A stretch of DNA of 64,000 nucleotides, taken from positions 23,126,001 to 23,190,000 of the forward strand of contig OZ231126.1 of the NCBI GenBank assembly GCA_965153355.1, written 5' to 3'. This document shows, one piece after another, positions 25,617 to 39,425 of the stretch. A program made the translations under genes and the position numbers. The stretch comes from Flaccisagitta enflata. Lineage: Eukaryota. The notes beneath the pieces were generated by a model. That model made no database searches. It was not told the DNA's origin and saw nothing but the letters and a program-made list of their open reading frames with translations. How positions within the stretch are numbered: the stretch's first letter is position 1; the number at the start of each line of letters is the position of its first letter.

Positions 25617-26477
25617 CAAGAGATCAGAGGTCTGATATAAGATTAAACCTCGGGGGTCGCTCAGGGTTTTCCCAGATTGGTTGAGGTTGCAATCCCCAAG
25701 CAACCCCAAATGAACGAAAGGCAACCCTAAGGCAATCCCGAGGCAACCCCAGGCAACGATGAGAAATTCCCAGAGTACAAACATAACAGACAAACCTCAA
25801 GACAATATTCTAAGAAAAACAATGAATATAATATAATTATAACAAGGCCGGATACACGGCTACCCTAGTAGCGTGCGGGTGGGCAGGAGCAGTGCTAGAG
25901 AAGGTAACTAGGGCATCTGGGCAGGAGCCATATGCTCAGAAAGCTCAAAAAAGCCGAAAAAATTAATAGTCGCAAAAGCGTTAGATGATCAGCGGTACCT
26001 GTGCCCTGCTTAAGTAGGTTGTGGTAGAAGTTGAGTGGGGAGCAGGTCCCAAAGGGGTCGATGACCTGTACTTTCACACATATGGGGAATTTATTTCTCC
26101 TTCTCCTTCTTCTTCTCCTTCTCCTTCTCCTTCTCCTCCTCCGCACCCCCTCTCCCCCAAGCCTCAAGGCCCATATCTCAGCCTCGAGGCTCATATCCCA
26201 GCATCAAGGCCCAAATCCCAGTCTTGAGGCCCAAATCCCTTGAGGCTGGAATTAGGGCCTTAGGGTTGGGATTTGGGCCTCAAGACTGGGATCTGGGCCC
26301 AGGAGGCTGGGATATGGGCCTCGAGGTTGAGAAATGGGCCTCGAGGCTTGGGGAGGTACAGGAGGAGGAAGGAGGAGAAGAAGAAGGAGAAGGAAGGAAA
26401 TTCATGTGTGGCATAGGTCATCGACCTGGGGCTGCTGCCCAAAAGGGACCAACCAACCGACCAACCCACAACCCACC

Positions 26478-27010
26478 CACTATGACTCAGATCAGCCCAG
26501 CTAAAGAAAATTCCCATACCCAGCCTCTAACCACCCAGCAACCACCCCAAAAGGCTCAAACCGCCTTCACTATGACTCAGATCAGCCCAGCTAAAGAAAA
26601 TTCCCATACCCAGCCTCTAACCACCCAGCAACCACCCCAAAAGGCTCAAACCGCCTTCACTATGACTCAGATCAGCCCAGCTAAAGAAAATTCCCATACC
26701 CAGCCTCTAACCACCCAGCAACCACCCCAAAAGGCTCAAACCGCCTTCACTATGACTCAGATCAGCCCAGCTAAAGAAAATTCCCATACCCAGCCTCTAA
26801 CCACCCAGCAACCACCCCAAAAGGCTCAAACCGCCTTCACTATGACTCAGATCAGCCCAGCTAAAGAAAATTCCCATACCCAGCCTCTAACCACCCAGCA
26901 ACCACCCCAAAAGGCTCAAACCGCCTTCACTATGACTCAGATCAGCCCAGCTAAAGAAAATTCCCATACCCAGCCTCTAACCACCCAGCAACCACCCCAA
27001 AAGGCTCAAA
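26478..27010. repeat. Perfect 90-bp tandem repeat, ~5.9 copies
   Basis: TATGACTCAG at 26481, 26571, 26661, 26751, 26841 and 26931; the units appear identical. Confidence 0.97.
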
Positions 27011-27769
27011 ATGCTTATTTTACATTAGATATTGTGCGGACTCCTTCAAGCAAATCAATGCGATGTTCTTCTCTGTTGCTCTTCTTTTGGTCTTTATCTT
27101 TTTACAATGTCTGGTAATTGCTAGAGCTGTGGAGCAAGTGAGCGGAGCGAGTGGTGCGAGCGAACAAATGCCGTGAGTGACTAAGTGGCCCATTAAAACG
27201 CTTGTCTGTGAGTGAAAACACACCCTCTCTCTCTGGCTATCTCTCTCATGTTTTTCAATGTTATTCAATGGGAATCATGCAATTTTTCACCTTTTTGTTA
27301 ATTTTCTATGTTTTTCAATGGGAAGTTTGTATTTTGTCAATTTCCCAATTTCCCAAGTTATTCATTGGGAACTTGAGGCTTGAGAAGCGGGGGGGGGGAG
27401 ACATACGTATGGACGGACGTACGGACGTCTTAAAATTCACCCCTGTGTCCTAAAGGAAATCGGCCCTTTGGGGCCGCTGCCCAAAAAGGGGACCAACCAA
27501 CCGACCGACCGACCGACCGACCAACATAGCGGGGTATAGAGTCGCGTAGCACGCGACTAAAAAAACGGACAATAACATGACTACAAATTCGGGAACAAAT
27601 GAACGCACGAACGAACATATGAAACAAGGCCGGAAATATGGCAGGACAGTCGCGGACGGTTGGGCAGGGGCTGTAAAACGACAGCCGCTCGCAATTCAAA
27701 AAAATTTGAGATGAAAACAAAAAACTAATGAACGATGAATCAAGTAGAAAATTGACAATGGTGGTTGTT

Positions 27770-27849
27770 TTCCTTGACATTGTTGCTGTTGTTGTTGTTC
27801 TCACTTACTCTAGTTGTTTTTGTTGTTGTTTTTGTTGTTGTTTTCGTAG

Positions 27850-27944
<95 letters not shown>

Positions 27945-28200
27945 GGCGTTGGCGTTGTGGGCATTTTTGTTGTTGTTGTTGGCGTTGTTGTTGTTGTTGT
28001 TGTTGGCGTTGTTGTTGTTGGCGTTGTTGTTGTTGTTGTTGTTGTTGTTGTTGGCATTGTTGGCGGCGTTGTTGTTGTTGTTTGCATTGGCGTTGTTGTT
28101 GTTGGTGGCGTTGTTGTTGACATTGGCGTTGGCATAATTGGCGTTGTTGGCGTATTTTTTGTAGTTCTTGTTCTTGTTGTTATTGTTGTTGTTTTCTTTT
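27770..28200. repeat. (TTG)n microsatellite with TGGCG interruptions
   Basis: Direct reading. Confidence 0.95.
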
Positions 28201-29570
28201 TTTAATATCATTTTCTTATTGTCATTTTCGTTTTTGTTCTAGCATTTGAAAGTTACACTGTTGTTGTCGTTAATATTGTCTTTGTCGTTGTCCTCGTTAT
28301 CGTTGAGCACTGTCCATTTGATCATCTTTGTTATTGTAGTTGTTGTCGTTGTTGTCAACCTGTTGTTGTTGTCATCGTTATCGTTGTTACCTAAGGTCTT
28401 GGCCGTCACTGCATAATTCATGTGTATCCTTCTTTTTCCCTCAGTCGATTCGGTTGTTGTTAATTTGGACGCTTTCTTCGTTGTTATTGTTTTTGTTTTT
28501 GTTTTTTTTTGTCGTTATTTCCGTTGAATTAAATTCCCGGCATCAATACTGATCAAAACTTCTACGGCAAGAGCAGTTGCAACGTTGCATAATGAAAGCA
28601 GTCATAGTCCCACTACACATAATGCACAGACCAGCTCTAAAACGTTTGTGATTAGTGTAACCATGGTTACGTGATAACAAACACAACCATTGACTGACTT
28701 GAGCCAAGAAAAGAGCATTAGGTTGGCGACAAAAGCTGTTGGATTGGAAATACAAAAGTCGCGATATAGGACAAACCAGAAACTTTCCCACCTTCCCCCT
28801 TTAATACAATAAACTTGACATTGGTGGGAATCAATCAAGGCCAACGGGAGGTAGGTGGTGGTCTAATCTTGTCTGATCTAGCCCAAAACGTCTGAAAAAA
28901 CAACAAAAATTGATATTTTGGACAAATGGACAGTCTCACGGTCATGCCCCATCTATGGTGGCAACAAGGAATTGCAACGAATCAGAAAGAGCCCTCGTTT
29001 GATAGTTTGACCCTTAATCTTAGCTAATCTTGGCAAAAATGAGTTTCTCTAATTTGGTGGTTTTTGTGGCGCTGAGGGTGACCGAGTTTGGTTGACACAA
29101 TGGCACTTGGGTCAGAGCCTCAAAAGGTGAGCTACTAATAGAAAATAATCGGTTTGTCATTGGGAAACGAGGTTAGGGCCGAGAAATATTTAGTTAGCAC
29201 GAAACATCGTGCCACCAACCAACCGACCGACTGACTGACGGACCAACATAGCGGGGTGTAGAGTCGCGTAGCACGCGACTAACAACTGCAAAATCAAAAA
29301 CAGTAACGTCAACTCCAAGCAACTCCGAGGTAACCCCGAGGTAATCCGGAGGCAGCCCCTTGAGTAGCCGAGTAGTCCGAGACAACCCGAGCAATCCTGA
29401 GAGTTGCGGGCCGAGATAACCCAAAGCAACCCCGAGCAATCCCGAGACAACCCAGAGCAACCCCAAGCAATCTGGAGCAACCCCCGGGTTTTATCTTGAA
29501 GTTATATACTACGCGTTTCCCAGTGTCACACAGGTTTGAAAGTATCAACTATTGTATTTTCCCTTGAGTA

Positions 29571-30489
29571 GGGTGAAGTGGGGTAAAATGGGTCACTTTT
29601 TCGAATGTTTTTTTAATATCGCGTAATTTATTGACAAAATGACGAATTTTACGGATGGTTATGGACAATGTGTGTTTCCTCTATTTCCACGAAAAAGGAA
29701 ATTGCCTCCAAAAAGATCTGTGTAGGGGGCAGCCCTCCTTTTTGTGAACAGGTAAGTGACCCATTTTACCCCACCCAGGTGGGGTAAAGTGGGTCACCTA
29801 CTTTTCTCTCAATGATATCCACAATTTCTTTATCTAAAGTGATCAATTCTTACGTATTAGTAGAAAAAGAATAGTTTTATACTTCAGTAGAGCCAAAAGT
29901 ATTATCAAACAGCAAATGTTGTTGAGTTTTGATTAAAATGATATGCAAATGATGTTTTGACATCAAATAAACAATTTTCATTAAAAAACTTCGAAAAAGG
30001 GTGGAAAAATATGGAAACGGGAAAAATGAGCTTTATATCACATACTTTCACCCATGAGCAGGGATAGCAAGCTTTTTGCTGAAAATTTGGTGATTTTTGC
30101 AGGGTGACCCATTTTACCCCACATTACTAAAAATTAATTTTTTAGCTAAGTATAGATAAAAACTGAAAAACATCACTTTCCACGTTTGACCACCCATCCG
30201 TAGTATGTAGGCGATGGGCAATGATTTTCTTCCTCCATTTGGTCTCCACGGCAACCAGAAGTTAGTTTCATGACCAGCGACCCCGAAATTATTTCATTTG
30301 TAAATATTATTGTATTACGCATCAGTGCATTTAAGAATTGGGGCAAATGTTCGTCTTGGAGTACTACAAGGCATCCTTCTTTTCAAAACAGATGAAAAAT
30401 TCGCTTCATTTCACTAGATTATTTCAGAATTAAAAAAAAAGTCAAGTGACCCATTTTACCCCGCTGACCCATTTTACCCCACTCTACCC
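29571..30489. mobile_element. TA-targeting MITE (Tc1/mariner/pogo class)
   Basis: TA-GGGTGAAGTGGGGTAAAATGGGTCA ... TGACCCATTTTACCCCACTCTACCC-TA; the motif is repeated internally at about 29757-29797, 30105-30122 and 30447-30462. Confidence 0.88.
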
Positions 30490-30889
30490 TAAACAAAGAA
30501 TTTTACTGTACTTAATGTAATGATTTTCGTTTCCTTTTATCATTCTTCTATCTTCTACTTATGATTTCATAAGAATGCAATCACCGGTGGCATTTTGCAG
30601 GTTACGATTTCACAGTTTTCTTTCGGTTCGGACCATATCCGGTTGGCTTGACACGTCCGAGATATGTCTCCTGTTCTCCTATGAATTCCTCTCCAAGGGG
30701 GGCAAATCTACGAACAATTGGATTTGAATTTGTTATCTTGCGTACAAGAGGAATTGGCCGGTATCTCATTGGCAGGACAGGATACTGGTTTGCAGACTAC
30801 GTCCGTTGAAGTCCATGTCCGATTCGATTGACAGAAGCTGTTGCAGTAAAAACTAAAAAGTCATTGCGATTCTTGCACAGTGCACAAAA

Positions 30890-31080
<191 letters not shown>

Positions 31081-32661
31081 GCTTCTGCGCCAATATGTAC
31101 GTATGTTTACCTTTCAGAAATTGTTCCATTTGGCAAAAAATATCCATCGTCGCATTTGAATTTGCAAGTTGTGTTGATCAGGAAAGTTGTATTGACCAGG
31201 GAAGTAGTGTTGATCAGGGAAGTAGTGTTGATCAGGACATGTTCGTTGGTGCAATTCCACTGTCCGTTGGAAACAGGAAACGCTTGTCCAATTTCTACGC
31301 ATACATCCCAATCACCTTAAGTCACAATTAAGGAGAAAGATATCTCTGTGTTCGATATTTGTCTCTACTGTGTCAGAGACATAAATCAGATTGTTATTGA
31401 GTCCTGCGGAGAAAAACGGATTTCCCTTTGTTTTATGAGGCGTTTGAGGAAGTTTGAGGGCAGAACTAGACTACGCATGAAATTAATAGCTAAGAAAGAG
31501 CTAATTCTCTTCTTTCAGATGACGCCACGCAGAATTCTGTGTGACCGATAGTTTTGGAGCTATGATTTTTTAAATCTTTTTTTATTTTTTCACATTTTCC
31601 CCAAAAACAAGGAATCAAGTAAGCTGAAGTCTTTGAACTTTGATAAGTCCAAGGTGATGATTGTGCATCCTGACAGCCCAGTCACTCTCATTTAAACTCT
31701 GGACTCTATGAGAGGCTTTGTCCGTCAGTCTATCCATTGGTCTGTTGGTCCGTCCGTCCGTCCAAGTGGAAAAGTGGAAAAACAAGCAGTCTAGATGCTT
31801 GTGTGGGGGGGTTGGGGTTGGGGTGTGGATGGGGGTTGGATGCCTCTGTCCACCTGTCCGCAACAATATTGTAACCCCGTGTTACATGAGAGAAGGAGGA
31901 CAGAGAGAGAGAGAAGGGGAGAGAGAAAATGAGAATGGGAGAGAGAAAGAGAGAGAAGAAAAAGAGAAAAAGAGACAGGCAAACAAAAAACAAATAGAGA
32001 AAGACATTTAGAGAGTGGAACGAGCCAAAAGATGCCCGGTGAATGAAGAAGGTTGGATACACGGCTACCGAAGTCGTATGGGGGTGGGCAGGGGCCATAT
32101 ATGCATATTTGAGGTCACTAGAACACTAGGCAGGAGCAGTGAGGTCAAAGAAATGAAATCATAAAAAAAAGTAAAATGGGGACCAACCAGAAACCGACCA
32201 ACCGACCGACCAACTGACCGACCGACCAACCGACCGACTGACCAACAGACAGAGCAGGTTGTAGAGTTGCGTGCATGCAACTGAAAAGGCATCACAAAAA
32301 ATTCCAAAGGCATCACAAAAAATTCCAAAACCTTTTTTCCTTCGGCGAGAGCCGCCTTTATTGAAAAAAATTTTGCTTGGGGCATTTTGAAAACGTTGAG
32401 TCACGACTAGGCTCGCATGCGGCTGGGGTTGAAATTGTTACAGGGTGAAAATGAGAACCTTCTAGAACAGAGCAGAGCACTTGCTAAATCAGTGAGGCTT
32501 AACGATTTTTTTTTCGGTAGTCGAATTCTGACCACGCAATGGGTCCTCTATTCACCAAAGAATCAGCAGCATATGAGAAGGGACATCAGGGACGTCATAG
32601 ACGTCAGCTGAGATCCCTGTTGTTGGACACTACTTGCTGTCGGACACAAATTTGATGAGAA

Positions 32662-33170
32662 ACAGGTCGCCCAAGGGCAATATGTGGTCAGCGATACCCG
32701 TTGCCCTGCTTTGCATGATTGTGAATTGGAGTGAGAGGAAGCAGGGCAGCGGCCCGGAAGGGGACTAAGTCCTGTAGATCACAGGGGGACATTTGTTTGT
32801 CCATCCACCCTCCGCCAAGCCCTTACAGGCCTGAAAACTGTCCTCTCAGGCCTGAAATATGCCCTCTCAGGCCTGGGAGGACAGGTTTTAGGTCTGAGAG
32901 GGCATATTTCAGGCCTGAGAGGGCAGATTCAAGGCCTGAGAGGCCAGATTACAGGTATGAGAGGGCAGATTTCCGGCCTGAGAGGGCAGATTCAAGGCCT
33001 GAGAGGGCAGATTTCTGGCCTGAGAGGGAAGATTTCAGGTCTGAGAGGGCAGATTTTAGGCCTGAAAGTGCCTGGGGGGATAAACAGACGGACGAAAGGA
33101 CGGAAGGACAAACAAAATTCGCCCTGTGTTCTACAGGACTTCGTCCCCTTTGGGGCCGCTGCCCAAAAAG
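32662..33170 (-). mobile_element. HINE-like family B with inverted 21-bp arrays (AGGCCTGAGAGGGCAGATTTC)
   Basis: TTGGGCAGCGGCCCCAAAGGGGACGAAGTCCTGTAGAACACAGGG ends plus a one-sided tail ...GGGTATCGCTGACCACATATTGCCCTTGGGCGACCTGTT. Other copies at about 1267-1740, 19311-19580 and 21258-21990 (tandem/composite). Confidence 0.75.
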
Positions 33171-33719
33171 GAAACAAAATGGAAAAAGAAATTACAATTT
33201 ATGTGGGGTTTGATGGGTATGAGTGATAAAAAAATCTCCTTGAGGAGGGAAAAAGAATCGTTTCAATTATTTGAAAAAATGATCCAAAATTTTTTCTTGT
33301 TTACTGAAGACGCGCCAAATGTACAAAGAAATGGTATCAAGATGGATGAGTTAAGGCTTACATTTCCTCAAGATAGGCGACAAATTAAAAATCTGTGTTC
33401 ATGATGATTGAACTAATATGCGTACTGAGGGTCTCTCTTTCAATTTTCAACTGTATAGCACAAGCCTGACCCAAATTACAAAGCAAAAACAAAATCAAGA
33501 ATGCTTTGGTTAAGTGAAGGGGAAAAAATAAAAATTCTAAAATTATTAGTGCCGGATATGAACAACAGACTAAAGGGGGCTGTCTGTCTTTCCTTAATCA
33601 CAAATTCTTCTTCCAATGTCAATGTTTCAAGAAATTGATTTCTATTCTCACCTTGCGCACTATCTCAGTGCTCATGTTAGACGATCTACTCACTAGCCAC
33701 AGACGCTGACTGCTTTCAT

Positions 33720-34257
33720 GAATTTGTGCTTTAAAACTGATAGTTAGGGAGGCTAAAAAAGAGTTGATGAAAAAAATCGTTCATGAATTGTATCTTTACC
33801 GTGTATTTTCTTTTGATTTTCACTTAAATGAATGACAAAATGATGGTAATTTTCTAGACGTTCGCTAGCCTGACTGGGGCAACGTAGGAAGCTGAAATTT
33901 TTACTGAAGATAGAGTAGACATGTGGCCAGGGTAGACCTGGAACAAATTTCTAAAAAAGCTACTACCCTCCATATGGTTACATTTTACAGATTTCTTCGT
34001 GGATTTATTGTATGTAAAATAATAAAATTTAAATTTTTTTGACAGGTCTACCCTGGCCACATGTCTTGTCAATCTTCAGAAAAAATTTCAGCTTCCTCCG
34101 TTGCCCCAGTCAGGCTAGCGAGCGTCTGAAAAATTGCCTATATTTGGATTTTTTCAATTTTCTGAAATTTTTTGAAGGGGTTTCTCACACTAGTATTTGA
34201 TATTCTATAAAAGAAAAAACAATTTCGGGGTAACTTCATTTTAAAGCAACGATAGCC
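33720..34257. mobile_element. Probable TTAA-targeting (Kolobok-like) MITE with ~95-bp internal inverted repeat
   Basis: 33848-33941 pairs with 34043-34137. Right end ...TTTTAAAGCAACGATAGCC-TTAA; left end degenerate (TGCTTTAAAAC). Confidence 0.5.
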
Positions 34258-34288
34258 TTAAGCTCTTTCCGGGTTTGCGTGGACCAAA

Positions 34289-34487
34289 CCAGTTGAGAAC
34301 TTGTGGAGTCAAACAAATAACCTGCAGCAACACAAGGAAACAACCTCAAAAGACAGGCTGTAAAAAATTGTGTGAAACTTTGAGAACAACATCACTCCAG
34401 ACTGCTTCCAATCTCTCTACAACTACAAGTCAATGCCACAGCGTGTGCAGGTGGCGCTGGATGCCCAAGACAGTGTTGCATAGTATA
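34289..34487 (+). pseudogene. Tc1-family DDE transposase C-terminal relic
   Basis: PVENLWSQ...KETTSKDRL*KIV*NFENNITPDCFQSLYNYKSMPQRVQVALDAQDSVA*Y matches the Tc1 pattern PIENLW...SMPRR..AVI.AKG..TKY, with in-frame stops. Confidence 0.8.
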
Positions 34488-35941
34488 AGATGCATTTTGA
34501 CATGTTTACTGTCCACTTAAGTCAACAAATAAACATGGACACCTGCTGTCTGTATATCTATAGGCCAAGATGGTATAAGACAGTTTGTCCGAAGGAAGGA
34601 GGGAATAAGGGAAGGAAGGGAGGAAGGAAGGAAGGAAGGAAGGAAGGAAGGTCCAAAGATCTGTAACGTGAAAATTTGGATGACGTAAATTCGGCTGAAA
34701 TGACGATTTTTGAGCATTATGGCTCCTGTCCAGCCACCCACATACTGCCCCTGCCCACTCATATTACTGCCCCTGTCTACCCGCAATCAACTACTTATTA
34801 GCCATGATTTTTATTCGTGTGCAACGCGACTCTATAACCCGCTATGTCCGTCGGTCGGTCCATTGGTCGGTCAGTTACCATTAACTTTTTTGGCGTGTTC
34901 AGGCGTTTTTTTACATTACAGCGCCTTCCCAAACTTTCAAGTTAGCCTTTTAATCACCACCCCTGCGGCCCTGCCTACCCGCACGCGACTTCGTTAGCCG
35001 TGTATCCAGCCTTGTTTTTCATCAAACCTATGCTATTTCTGAACGAATAAAGCTACAATAACCAGCAACGTCGCATTCGGAAGATTTTTCGCAGAGCTTA
35101 CAACCAACCATTCATCTTACTTCAATGTGACTCACCTGCTGTCAGTGAAAACGCTGAAAGGACAAAAACACAATGAAGGACGAAATTCTTTGTGGGTATC
35201 ATTTTGGTTCTCCCACGTGATTCCTTGCGATGCCTGTCCTATTTTGTGTACCTTTTGTAGATTTTTGTATTTGATATTTATTTATCAATTAGGATACGTT
35301 CAGTTCCCGCACAAAATTCGACTATGAATCGTCATCAATCCGTCATCGTTGTGGAGATAATAGGAAGTAGCTTTTTTGTCGCTTGCTCAGCGACTCTTTA
35401 AGAGGGTCCCTAGGTAGGTCTGTCTGCCTGTCCGGAATGCGAAAATCTAGATGACGCGAAATTGGCCGGAAAAGCGATTTCTTAGCATTACTGCCCGCCG
35501 ACTCACAAACAGCCCCTGCCAACCTGTATCACTGCTCCTGCCCAACTGCAAGTGACTACATATTGGCCGTGTATCCGGCCTTGTTTATACCGTGTACCCG
35601 TGGGAATTCCTCCAGCGAATATGACGTTGGAACGAGTTTTCCACGAGATATAACGATCGCTCGTGGACGATCGTGCGATTCGCATCCAAACGTTATTGGA
35701 TGAAAATGATGTAATCCTGAATCTTCATTGGATATGAAAACGGCCTGATCCTGACTCACAATCGAATAGCACACCGATTCCATGATGAATGGTAATTTTT
35801 GTTAACGATGAAGTGACGAAAAGCACGAATCTGTCAGCGTTGAGCTAAATGTTCAAATAATTATGAGTTTCATGACTTTTCTGACGCCTCAATTGAATTT
35901 CTGACGACTCAATTAAAGAATTCTGACGCCTCAGGAGAAAA

Positions 35942-36176
35942 AACAAGTAACCCGGGTCACAATAAATATCGTTGCGGACGGGTGGGCAGGGGCGTGCTAC
36001 ACCCCCCCTTTAAAACCCCCTCCTCCATACATGCGCGGCCTCTCAAATGCGCGTTTTGCCACTTTTCGACTTTTCCGTTATGGATCAAGGAACGGACCAA
36101 CAAACCTATGCACCGTTGCGTTGGACGGATGGACAGACGGACCAAGCCTCTAAAAGAGTTACTTGTCCGCAACTAA
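35942..36176 (-). mobile_element. HINE-like family D
   Basis: AAACAAG...ATATCGTTGCGGACGGGTGGGCAGGGGC...GACGGACAAAGCCTC..AGAGTTGCGTGTCCGCAACTAA consensus. Other copies at about 36746-36929, 31720-31880, 18600-18700 and 15250-15268/17237-17440 (split by the hAT foldback). Confidence 0.7.
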
Positions 36177-36180
36177 CAAA

Positions 36181-36252
<72 letters not shown>

Positions 36253-36934
36253 CAGAGAGAGAGAGAAAGAGAACGAAAACGCGAAAACTTCCTACACAGT
36301 CCATCAAATCCCACCCTGAAAGGAAACGAGGCCGGATACACGGCTACCTCAGTCGCGTGCGGGTGGGCAGGGGCAGTAATTGAGTTACTAGAGCATTTGG
36401 GCAAGCGCGGTGAGGCCAAAGACCGCAAAAACATAAAAAAGTAAAATGGGAACCGACTGACCAACCGACCGACCGACCGACTGACCGACCAACCGACCGA
36501 CCGACCGATAAAGCGGGGTGTAGATGGCGTAGCACCCGACTAAAAAACCTAACGCCACTTTATCCCACTAAACCCTCCTACACAGGCCATCGAATCCCAC
36601 TCTGATGGGAAAAAACACCTTGCGCCATTTTGTCGCACTCAACCCACCTATTCTATTTACATCTACAGACACAGAAAAACGGAAAGCAAGACAGCGTGAC
36701 AAACAGAGAGAGCAACTAGCAATGAAGAAAAAAAAAGAAAGAAGGAAAACAAGTGACGCGGGGTTAAAATATCGTTGCGGACGGGTGGGCAGGGGCATCT
36801 AACCTCCATCCACCTCTCACCTCCTACACACACAAAACGCTCCATTTCCCACTTTTCGACTCGATCATTACGGACCGACGGACCGACGGACAAAGCCTCA
36901 TATAGAGTTGCGTGTCCGCAACTAAAAAAGAGTG

Positions 36935-37420
<486 letters not shown>

Positions 37421-39312
37421 GGAAGCCGTGGGAGGGCTGCCGAAACTTGTATAAACTTGACTCATTTGATCGACTCTTTAATCGCTCGACTCAAATTGAT
37501 TCATGATAGTGAAAAGAAAAGAGAGATACTGCTAGACGGACAGACGGGCAAGCACACAGGGAGACAGACAGACAAACAGAGGAATACAGAGCTATACAGC
37601 TACTTTATTTCATAGTTGTCATTTCTACACAAATTGAGCTGAATTGCTGGGCTTGGTCTAGAATTCGAGATAATTTAATGTAGATTATGATGTAAGGAAA
37701 AAATGTTCTCACTGATTTTAATTTTAATTTGAACAATTTGCAGATATTTTTTCAAAAATTTTCCAAAATCTTGGTGTTTTGGGGTCAAAATCAATCATTA
37801 CTGCATCACAAAAGTCAAATCTTTTAGTATTTTTAACAAAACTTCATTATTCCTCATAACCAACACTGTAGGACCACTCTTGTTGAAAAAAAGACGCACT
37901 GCTGCCATCTAACCTCATTTCTTCCATGAAAAAAGACCATTTTTGGCTGAAATCGACTAATTTTTGTCATGAAATTTAGAGCAAATATATCAACACTGAG
38001 GCTTTAATCATTTTTTTTTGTAACAAAACCTAATCAAATTGTCTACCACAGAGAAAAAGAATCAAGTAGTTGTCTTAAGTATTTTATGAGTAATATATCT
38101 TCTTTTCGCGACAGTCCAATCTAAAAGCGGTGTAGTTTGAGCTGAATCATAAACAAGGCCGGATACACGGCAGGACAATCGCGGACGATTGGGCTGGGGC
38201 GGTAATGCAAAAACCGCTCGCAATTCAGAAATGTCACGGATGGACGGACCGACGGACAGACCGACGGACCAATTGACATGGCAGGGTGTAGAGTCGCGTG
38301 TCCGCGACTAAAAATGAAGGTTTTCAGTGAAATGACGTGGCGACTATGGGCTTGTCCGAGACTACAGTATCGAGTTTTTGCGCGCGGGATTTCATGCGTT
38401 TAAAGAGACTTTCACAATGGACAAACAACATACATCTATCCGTGCATGCGCTTGATTGATCCTGGACGGGACGCTTAGAAAAGCCCAGATTTAAAAAAAC
38501 GATTGCACTGGTCCCGATTATCAGATGAACAGCTTCTCGCTATTGACCAGCAAGACTTAGGTAGACAGAGAAAGTGAAGGTTTTCATGGGTTCAAATCCT
38601 GCTTTTTCAGCAAGTACAAAACTAAAAGCCGCTAATAGCCGCTGCCTAAAAGTTGCTGTTTGGTAATGATTTGTGTTCAGCAACTTCATAGCTACATTGT
38701 ATAAAAAGTTACAAATCATAACGCCATCAGATCTATATCACTGACAAATGATACACGGCAATCCAGTCGCGGACGGTTGGGCAGGTGCAGTAATGCGAAA
38801 ACCGCTCGCAATTCAAAAATGTACCGACGGACCAACGGACCGACGGACCCACGGACTGACTGACACGGCAAGGTGTAGAGTCGCGTGTCCGCGACTAAAA
38901 ACTGACTTGAAACTCACTTTCTCTCGCTAACTTAGGTTTGTTTTTTAACCACTGTAACTTCGTTTTCTACTGTAGCTTAAGCGCTAATATTTTTAGCTCT
39001 AACACTCTGGAATGATGAGAGAAAAGGCTAAGCCACTTGACTGAGTATTGTTTACAAAAAAGAAATGGCTCACGGTAGAGGAGAGATGAGAAACGGAGAG
39101 ATGTTAGGATACACATCTTAAACCTGTGAAATTGAAACCAATCAAAATGGTTTTCCTCATCTTAAAACAAGGCTGGATACACTGCTACCCTAGTCGAGTG
39201 CGGGTCGGCGGAATTTGAGTTTTAAGAACATTTGGGCAGGAGCAGTGAGGCCGAAGACCACAGAGGCATAAAAAAAAGTAAAATGGGGGCCAACCGACCA
39301 ACCGACCACTGG

Positions 39313-39425
39313 ATGGACATGGCCGCCACCCCCTTATTTTCCATAAGAAATGTACAGGAAGGATTTTAACCCTCAATGTTTCCTACACTTTATAATGGGA
39401 ATAAGGCAGGGTAGCGGCCATGAGC
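39313..39425. mobile_element. Small palindromic element (~110 bp)
   Basis: CATGGCCGCCACCCCTTATTTTCCATAA...TTATAATGGGAATAAGGCAGGGTAGCGGCCATG forms an imperfect hairpin. Confidence 0.5.

Noticed and set aside
26224-27117. 297-aa ORF with 30-aa repeats
   Set aside because: Begins inside a HINE copy, consists of a perfect DNA repeat, and lies antisense in an intron.
38550-38610. tRNA or tRNA-SINE (GGTTCAAATCC B-box)
   Set aside because: No A-box or cloverleaf could be built.
38915-38930. GCG AGA GAA A|gtgagt as the Ssdp exon-1 end (ARE-K)
   Set aside because: Wrong phase for the LisH exon and no upstream VPSD-like sequence.
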